A DNA stretch of 64,000 nt from a virus, in the IMG/VR virus record IMGVR_UViG_3300000228_000004, positions 32,001-96,000 of that record. The stretch is one strand, 5' to 3'. Shown here piece after piece: positions 58,091 through 64,000 of the stretch. Below the pieces are notes generated by a model that saw only the letters and a list, made by a program, of their open reading frames with translations, made no database searches and was not told the origin of the DNA. Numbering within the stretch: the stretch's first letter is position 1; each line of letters opens with the position of its first letter. Both the position numbers and the translations under genes were made by a program.

Positions 58091-58618
58091 TCAATTTTCG
58101 CGTGTAGTCTGTTTACTATTTAATATTTCCAAATAATAGTCTTTAATTCTCTGGTGCGTGACGAACTCATAATCATTGACATCCAAATTTACATTAAAGT
58201 ACCGTTTATCATCCAAAACTTCTTTATGTAAATGCCCGTGTATGCAACCAGCCCTATCCCTTATTTCTTGTGGGTGTATTGGGCAGTGCGTGAGCCAAGT
58301 ATTTTTGTAAGAAAAGAGCGGTAACTGAATTTCAATGAAATCTTCTTTATACAGTTTCATTGAATCATGGTTCCCCATAACTAATTTGATCCTACATTTA
58401 ACCTTTCTCAATCTTTCAATATACGCTTCATAGTGACTACCATCAAAAAGGAAATCACCCAAAACAAAAAGAATATCTCTCTTCCCTAACGCTTCAATTT
58501 TTTTGAATACATATTCATCATGCTCTTCAGCATTCAAAAACACATCTCTATATTTATAAATTTCCATGTGACCTAAGTGGAGGTCGCTCGTAAAATAATT
58601 CACATTTTCCCCTTCCAT
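58091..58618 (-). CDS. Calcineurin-like metallophosphoesterase
   Basis: YFTSDLHLGH, LGDF, GNHD, THCP, HGHLH. Confidence 0.85.
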   Translation of the reverse strand: MEGENVNYFTSDLHLGHMEIYKYRDVFLNAEEHDEYVFKKIEALGKRDILFVLGDFLFDGSHYEAYIERLRKVKCRIKLVMGNHDSMKLYKEDFIEIQLPLFSYKNTWLTHCPIHPQEIRDRAGCIHGHLHKEVLDDKRYFNVNLDVNDYEFVTHQRIKDYYLEILNSKQTTREN

Positions 58619-58675
58619 GAAATACTCATGATAATATTAAAGTGACTTTTGTTCCTGGGAATTTAACACCCTTTC

Positions 58676-58718
58676 GTGAACCACCCTGCCATAAATGACG
58701 AGGGTTTACGAAACTGAT
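58676..58718 (-). repeat. 43-bp hairpin repeat resembling an IS200/IS605 right end (copy 2)
   Basis: Minus strand ATCAGTTTCGTAAACCCTCGTCATTTATGGCAGGGTGGTTCAC; promoter at 58768-58801 upstream. Confidence 0.5.
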
Positions 58719-58797
58719 GCCAATTGTTCTATATTATCAATCATCGTAATCCTTTTACTGTGAAGTATATTATACCGTAACTCAGCTTAATTGTCGC

Positions 58798-59277
58798 TTA
58801 ATTACCAAAATCAGCCTTGATATGCTCCACAGTTTCATTTTCAAAACATATAGTGAAATCAACCATTGGTAAATTAGAAATATCAATATCTCCAGCATTA
58901 TAAGATAATGTAAAATGTGGTTTGTATTCACTGAAGTCACTCACGAACCCATATTTTTCAACAAGTTCTGAATTCCTGTGAAAAAGTTCTTGTGAATGTA
59001 TTTCAACAACAAGTGCTTCACCATCTTTTCCGAATTTTGAATAATTAGTCGGGATTGCTTCTATTGAATATTCCTTAGACTCTATTTCACCGAAAAAAGG
59101 TTTTTTAGAGTATATAAGGGTACAGTGTTGATCATAATTGAATTCAATGCCGTTAAGGTACTTGTTTGTAAATTCTTCAAGTTTGTCTATTGAAGTTTGT
59201 TTCATTTTTAATGCGATATATACGCCTCGCGTATATAGTAAATCAGAAGAAAGTTTTTCGATAATTTCTCTAATCAT
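58798..59277 (-). CDS. acb1: 2H phosphodiesterase, T4 gp57B/Acb1 anti-CBASS-like
   Basis: G.YIA.K, HCTLIYS, LVV...S..L, DF.EYKPHFTLSY. Confidence 0.8.
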   Translation of the reverse strand: MIREIIEKLSSDLLYTRGVYIALKMKQTSIDKLEEFTNKYLNGIEFNYDQHCTLIYSKKPFFGEIESKEYSIEAIPTNYSKFGKDGEALVVEIHSQELFHRNSELVEKYGFVSDFSEYKPHFTLSYNAGDIDISNLPMVDFTICFENETVEHIKADFGN

Positions 59278-59834
59278 AGTTGCCCCTCATATATTTGTAA
59301 TACTTCAACCCCATTATCAGCTAGGTAAACTAATGCGGAAGAGTCACCGTATTCTTTACAGAATACAACTCTCTTCACTCCACTCGTAATAATAGCATTA
59401 CAACATTCTATGCAAGGGGAGTGGGTGATGTACATTTCACACCCATCTATTCGGATACCATTTTTGGCGGAAAAATATATAGCATTCCGTTCAGCGTGAA
59501 GAACATTAGACTTTGTTCTTGTTTTCTTTATTACATGTACTACCCCAGATGCGCCACATGCCGTACATCGGTTTTTTGAAATATCTTCGCTATAAAGAAG
59601 TTTATTCTGGACTGAACAACCGCAAACAGAACATACATTTTCGAACCAATCTTCTTCACAACAGTTTTCCATTCCAGGGGGAGTACCATTATACCCAGTA
59701 GCTAAGGGTCTCCCGTCTTTTGCGATAACCGCGCCGACTTTCAACCTTTCGCAATTAGACATCTTTGAAAAAACGAAAGCTGTTTCTAATAGGACTTTAT
59801 CAAATTTCTTTATCATTTCGTGTTGATTACTCAT
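59274..59834 (-). CDS. cd: dCMP deaminase with a Zn-ribbon insertion
   Basis: SNC.RLKVGAV, GYNGTP, HAE.NAI, THSPC..C; extra CxxC...CxxC. Confidence 0.9.
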   Translation of the reverse strand: MSNQHEMIKKFDKVLLETAFVFSKMSNCERLKVGAVIAKDGRPLATGYNGTPPGMENCCEEDWFENVCSVCGCSVQNKLLYSEDISKNRCTACGASGVVHVIKKTRTKSNVLHAERNAIYFSAKNGIRIDGCEMYITHSPCIECCNAIITSGVKRVVFCKEYGDSSALVYLADNGVEVLQIYEGQL

Positions 59835-60017
59835 TTTATCTCAATTCATTTTAATTTTAATAGAATTTCCAATTCTTCCTGTAGTGAGCCTTTTTCGCTG
59901 GGATCATCAGAGAGCTTTATCGAAAGCTTCAAAAATTCTATTTCTGTGTTTAATTCTGTTATATCTTCTTCAGTCATTGATTCCCCTTAACTTTGTAAAT
60001 ATTTAAGGGGAATTGAT

Positions 60018-61763
60018 TTATCCTTCACATGCGACGCAAGTAGAACGGTCTATTTTAACTTTCGTTTTTCCATTCAGGGTTCTTATATAATATAAAGACT
60101 CTATATCAGGGTCTCTGAATGCCGCATCGTGAACTTCTGAAATTTCCTCTTCTAACGCATCGTGCGGGAAGTAAAGGTTCGTTGATTGACCTTGACCCCC
60201 ACCAGATTTATTCATATTTCTTTGTCTGTCTCCGGACATCTTCAATATAGAATAAGGACTAATCTCAAACGCGGTTCTAAAAATGTCTTTTTCATGCTGT
60301 GTTAGCCAACTTTCACCTTGAACTGAACCCTTGTCTTCCGCTATGCGCTCAATTACTTCAGGTGAATTCATACCTCTCTTTTTCATCAACTCTAGGAAAG
60401 GGGGATTAATCCTGAAAACTGTTCCGCCTGCAGTGTCTTGTTCATAAACATTAGCGAATACTGGTTCTATTCCTTGTGAAATCCCGCCCATAATTATAGA
60501 AGTTGACATCGTCGGAGGAAATGCTAATCTATGGCTGAATCTTTCGCCATAACCAACCATCCACTCTGGTTCACCGACTTCTCTTGCTAGCCACTGCGAA
60601 ACTTCTAATGTTCTGTCATCTAATTGTTTGACCAAAAGTTGATTAAACATAATTGAAGACAAATCACCAAATACCCAACCCTCTTGTTGATAATATGTGG
60701 CTTCACCGAGAATACCTAACCCAATTGCTCTTGATTTTTCAGTGAAATTAACTACCCTTTCAAACCCCTTCTCCCCTTTAGCCTTTATTAACATATCGGA
60801 AATAATAGCATCTAAAAACACCGTTGCTATTTCTACTGCTTTAGTATCTTTCCACTCATTATATTTTGATACATTCATTGAAGCCAAAACACAAGTAAAC
60901 GAATGATCTTCATCACTCATCAATTGAATCTCACAGCATAGGTTACTACCCTTAATCAAGAACCCTTTATCTTTATACATTCTTGGTCGGCTTCTATTTG
61001 CTTTATCTATGAAAAAGAAATATCCTTTACCTTTGATGAGCTTTATTCTCAACATTTTCTTCCAAATTCTATCAGCGCTTTCTGGGTCAGTGTTGAACAA
61101 GTCTTCAAATTCATCAGTTATATTCCAACCAATATTCCAACCAGCATCATCTGAAAGTATTTGGTCAGCGACTTCATCAAAATCTGGGTGAAGTGGGTCT
61201 ATGTACAAACCAGCTGCACCCCTCCGACTTGATCCCTGAGACACATCTTTCATATCTTGAACAATACCTGCCGCAGGTTGCATGACCCCGTTAGCAGTCC
61301 CACCAGTAGATATTGGTGAACCGCGATGCCTAGCATCACCTATAACAGTAGAAGTACCGTACCCCCTCTGGGTAAGTTGTGACATTTCTAATCTTGCTTC
61401 ATACCAACTCCTAATAGAGTCACCTAGATGCGTACCACTACAGGATACTGGGTGACCCCTATCATTACCAAAGTTGATTAATGTCGGTGAAGCTGGTGAC
61501 ACCCAACCTTTCCAAATAACTTGGAAAAACGCGTCTTCCCAATTTTCAAAACCCCAATCATCTGGGATTGGTACTGTCGTTAATTCTGCTGCTCTTTTAG
61601 CTTGTCTCCTGTACATACCAAGAGGAGTTTCGTCTGGTGCTAAGTATCTTTGTTCTGTTGCCAATTGAAACCCAGCGGTGGTGTACCATTCTGGAGCCTC
61701 TCCTTGTTCTTGTAAAGTTTTTCTCAGGTTTGAAAGTTTTTCATATTTTGTTTCTATTGACAT
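60018..61763 (-). CDS. nrdA: Class I ribonucleotide reductase alpha subunit (short, no ATP cone apparent)
   Basis: SPASP, PVSC, SQG..RRG, SNLCCEI, PPT.S, SLYYIR, C-terminal CVACEG. Confidence 0.93.
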   Translation of the reverse strand: MSIETKYEKLSNLRKTLQEQGEAPEWYTTAGFQLATEQRYLAPDETPLGMYRRQAKRAAELTTVPIPDDWGFENWEDAFFQVIWKGWVSPASPTLINFGNDRGHPVSCSGTHLGDSIRSWYEARLEMSQLTQRGYGTSTVIGDARHRGSPISTGGTANGVMQPAAGIVQDMKDVSQGSSRRGAAGLYIDPLHPDFDEVADQILSDDAGWNIGWNITDEFEDLFNTDPESADRIWKKMLRIKLIKGKGYFFFIDKANRSRPRMYKDKGFLIKGSNLCCEIQLMSDEDHSFTCVLASMNVSKYNEWKDTKAVEIATVFLDAIISDMLIKAKGEKGFERVVNFTEKSRAIGLGILGEATYYQQEGWVFGDLSSIMFNQLLVKQLDDRTLEVSQWLAREVGEPEWMVGYGERFSHRLAFPPTMSTSIIMGGISQGIEPVFANVYEQDTAGGTVFRINPPFLELMKKRGMNSPEVIERIAEDKGSVQGESWLTQHEKDIFRTAFEISPYSILKMSGDRQRNMNKSGGGQGQSTNLYFPHDALEEEISEVHDAAFRDPDIESLYYIRTLNGKTKVKIDRSTCVACEG

Positions 61764-61778
61764 ATATTATCCTTATTT

Positions 61779-62831
61779 TTAGTTATACGAAAGTTCTGTT
61801 TTAGGCTTTGATAAAAATGGTAACCTAGAAAGATTATTTGTTTTCCAAGATCGTCTATAGCTTGATGTACCAGAAACAAAGAAATCATGCATCTTTATTG
61901 AGTTTGCCCCTTTATAAAACCATTTTGAAATAGGGTTGTCAACTACATCATATATCGTTTTAAACCCACATTCAGTGAGCGTCGAGTCTGCTCTAGAGCG
62001 TATGAAAGATTTCAAATGAGAAGGCGTTATATCATTGATAGAAGCTTCACCTCTGAAGACATAATCTATTACGGCATCTTCGTGAGAAATAATCTCGCGC
62101 ACAAGGGTATTAACATTTTCTTCATGCTCTTTGAACGGAAAACTTTCCCCGAACTCTTCTATATAGGTGTTATGTAAATAAGAAGCAAATATTCCGTGAA
62201 GAGTCTCATCTTGAACAACAAAATCAACACCAGTAACTGTATTGGTGATAAGGTTATGTCCGTTTGCTTGAAATGATTTCAACATTGCAAAGTTACTAAA
62301 TAATAAAACTTGTTCTATCATAGAAACGGTCACGAGTGAAAGTGCCTTATTTTTATCTAAATTCTTCGTGATTTCATTCAAGAAAGTCAATTTACTTTTT
62401 AACACAGATATGGTTTGTTGATTTCTAGCAGTCATTTCTGGTTCAATATTCATTTCATCAGACATTTTTTGATAAAAGAACGCGTGAACTGATTTCTCCA
62501 TAGAAGAAATCGCGGAACAAGCACCCTCTATTTCAGAGTGGGGGAACCAACTCGCTATTGTTTCCCAAACCATACCAACCTTTTGTTCTATTTCAACAAA
62601 AAGATCTAGTGTCACGCTGGTCAAATTAAACTGCGCTTTAGACATGTTATGCCTATAATCGTGGATGTCTTTTTCAATTGGAATTTCTTGTTCAGTCCAA
62701 AATACATCTTGTTGTTTTTTTCTTATTTCGTTCGCTAATGGGTAAAGGTAGTCACCGAATAAACTCGGTGTTTCGATTTGAAGTTTTTTATCTCTTCCTA
62801 CAGTATAGTCACTGTTTTTGTCTATAATCAT
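61779..62831 (-). CDS. nrdB: Class I ribonucleotide reductase beta subunit
   Basis: FW..QEI..EKD, E..VH..FY, E..LLFSNF, DETLH, DFF. Confidence 0.92.
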   Translation of the reverse strand: MIIDKNSDYTVGRDKKLQIETPSLFGDYLYPLANEIRKKQQDVFWTEQEIPIEKDIHDYRHNMSKAQFNLTSVTLDLFVEIEQKVGMVWETIASWFPHSEIEGACSAISSMEKSVHAFFYQKMSDEMNIEPEMTARNQQTISVLKSKLTFLNEITKNLDKNKALSLVTVSMIEQVLLFSNFAMLKSFQANGHNLITNTVTGVDFVVQDETLHGIFASYLHNTYIEEFGESFPFKEHEENVNTLVREIISHEDAVIDYVFRGEASINDITPSHLKSFIRSRADSTLTECGFKTIYDVVDNPISKWFYKGANSIKMHDFFVSGTSSYRRSWKTNNLSRLPFLSKPKTELSYN

Positions 62832-62978
62832 TTATAATTCTCCTAAGTTGATTGTGTGATATTTAAGTGATAACCACATACACAAACTACCCCAATTATA
62901 AACCTTTTTTCTTAAAATGCGCTTAACTTTTGGTCGTGGTCGTGGTTGAAGCCCGAATTTCATGCGGATTTTTAAATA

Positions 62979-63716
62979 TTAAATTTTAAGTTGTTTTATG
63001 ATATCGTAAACTTGGTTCGCGTAAGTTTTATCTGGGATCCCGTTAGCATTCCTAATCACCCCATAGTATCTCAACAAAGCAGACTCTTCTTTCGTCTCGG
63101 TGAATTTCAACTTCTTCTTTTCGTGCGTATATACACCCAGAATAAAAGCAGATGCTTTGATGTTTGTCTCTAAGTTAGATAATGAGTTTTTGGACTTGAT
63201 GCCTATATCACAAAGCTCGTATTTCCAAATCTCATAAATAACGCCACCCATACCTTGGGCATTAACTTTCGCGGTCTTGACTTTTGTCCAATTTTTCTTT
63301 ATCGGTATTTTCACGAAAACAGTTGAATGTTTAGCATTTTTATCCATACTAGACTCTTTCGCCAAAAGCGCAGTAAGAGTAACTGGGTCAATTTGATATT
63401 CTTTAGCATATCTCAAAATAGCCGATACGATAATTCCTTTATCTTTTGATGTATTCGGGTAAACCCCAACAAGTCTCTGTACCGCAATTAAATCTTCTAG
63501 TTCAGTCTGGGTCAGGGAAGAACCTTTATCCGTTACTTTTTCTGGTACTTTAGTTGGTTCTTCAACTCTAGTTATTTCGTTTCCACCGCGAGCCTTATTT
63601 TCAATACTGTGTTCGCTTTGAATTTTAGAAGTCACTATAATCGTACTGAAAACACCTATAGAAGCGGATAAAACAATTAACGATGTTATCACCAATGTAT
63701 ATCTGTATTTTACCAC
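62979..63716 (-). CDS. Membrane-anchored SLT-domain lytic transglycosylase-like protein
   Basis: N-terminal TM, IDP..L.AL..KESS, A.GMG, NI.A.A.IL, AL.RYYG, YA..V. Confidence 0.75.
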   Translation of the reverse strand: MVKYRYTLVITSLIVLSASIGVFSTIIVTSKIQSEHSIENKARGGNEITRVEEPTKVPEKVTDKGSSLTQTELEDLIAVQRLVGVYPNTSKDKGIIVSAILRYAKEYQIDPVTLTALLAKESSMDKNAKHSTVFVKIPIKKNWTKVKTAKVNAQGMGGVIYEIWKYELCDIGIKSKNSLSNLETNIKASAFILGVYTHEKKKLKFTETKEESALLRYYGVIRNANGIPDKTYANQVYDIIKQLKI

Positions 63717-64000
63717 TGAGTCCCTTTCTCTACGCTTTCAATGATTTGATAAGTTATCGTTCCATGCTTTCACATAAATCAAAATGTGCACCCAAAGATT
63801 TCAATGATAAATCACCCTTGTGTGTAAAATCGCCGTCACTTCTCAGGTTAATTATACCAACACCCAGATCCTACCTATTGAAATCCTCTTACCGACACGA
63901 CACAGTTTTTCAAGTATACTTCCTCTAGAAAACCCAAATAAATGTCCGCTTTTGGGATAACCTCGTATGGGGTACTCGGCATAAATATTTCTCTCGATTT

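Noticed and set aside
58-63928. Plus-strand ORFs in the track
   Set aside because: They are short antisense shadows of minus-strand genes or tRNAs, with no recognisable motifs.
1-64000. Stop-codon reassignment explaining broken genes
   Set aside because: The breaks are frame changes, not in-frame stops. TAA, TAG and TGA all end intact genes, and no suppressor tRNA was seen.

Overview
AT-rich segment of a large T4-like (myovirus-type) phage genome, with essentially all genes on the minus strand. The host is probably a Campylobacterota (Sulfurovum/Sulfurimonas-like) bacterium. This is inferred from RpoD-type promoters with phased TTTAA tracts, the tmRNA tag peptide and a 'GGDIAPV' beta-barrel protein. 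Contents: (1) The T4 replication/recombination core (uvsW, uvsY, DNA polymerase, gp41, gp62, uvsX, gp44, gp59-like, gp33, gp46/47, nrdAB). Three of these genes are fractured: uvsW and uvsX by split inteins, and the polymerase into three ORFs. (2) An ~12 kb thymidine-hypermodification cluster (dUMP hydroxymethylase, 5-hmdU DNA kinase modules, amino acid:DNA transferase, PLP enzyme-kinase fusion, 2OG-Fe(II) oxygenase, dUTPase, DenB-like nuclease). Several of its enzymes end in the same EW[F/L/V] tail as the polymerase and gp33, a candidate sliding-clamp-binding motif. (3) An RNA-rich region: a Ro60/TROVE gene preceded by four tandem Y-RNA-like modules, tmRNA, about 11 tRNA genes, several promoter-driven long-stem ncRNA candidates, Pth2-like hydrolase, Acb1-like 2H phosphodiesterase and GroEL/ES; an RNA ligase lies separately near 7 kb. 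Many genes are broken by 1-2 bp indels in homopolymer or TA runs, most simply read as sequencing errors. All calls come from motif recognition by eye; no database searches were run.
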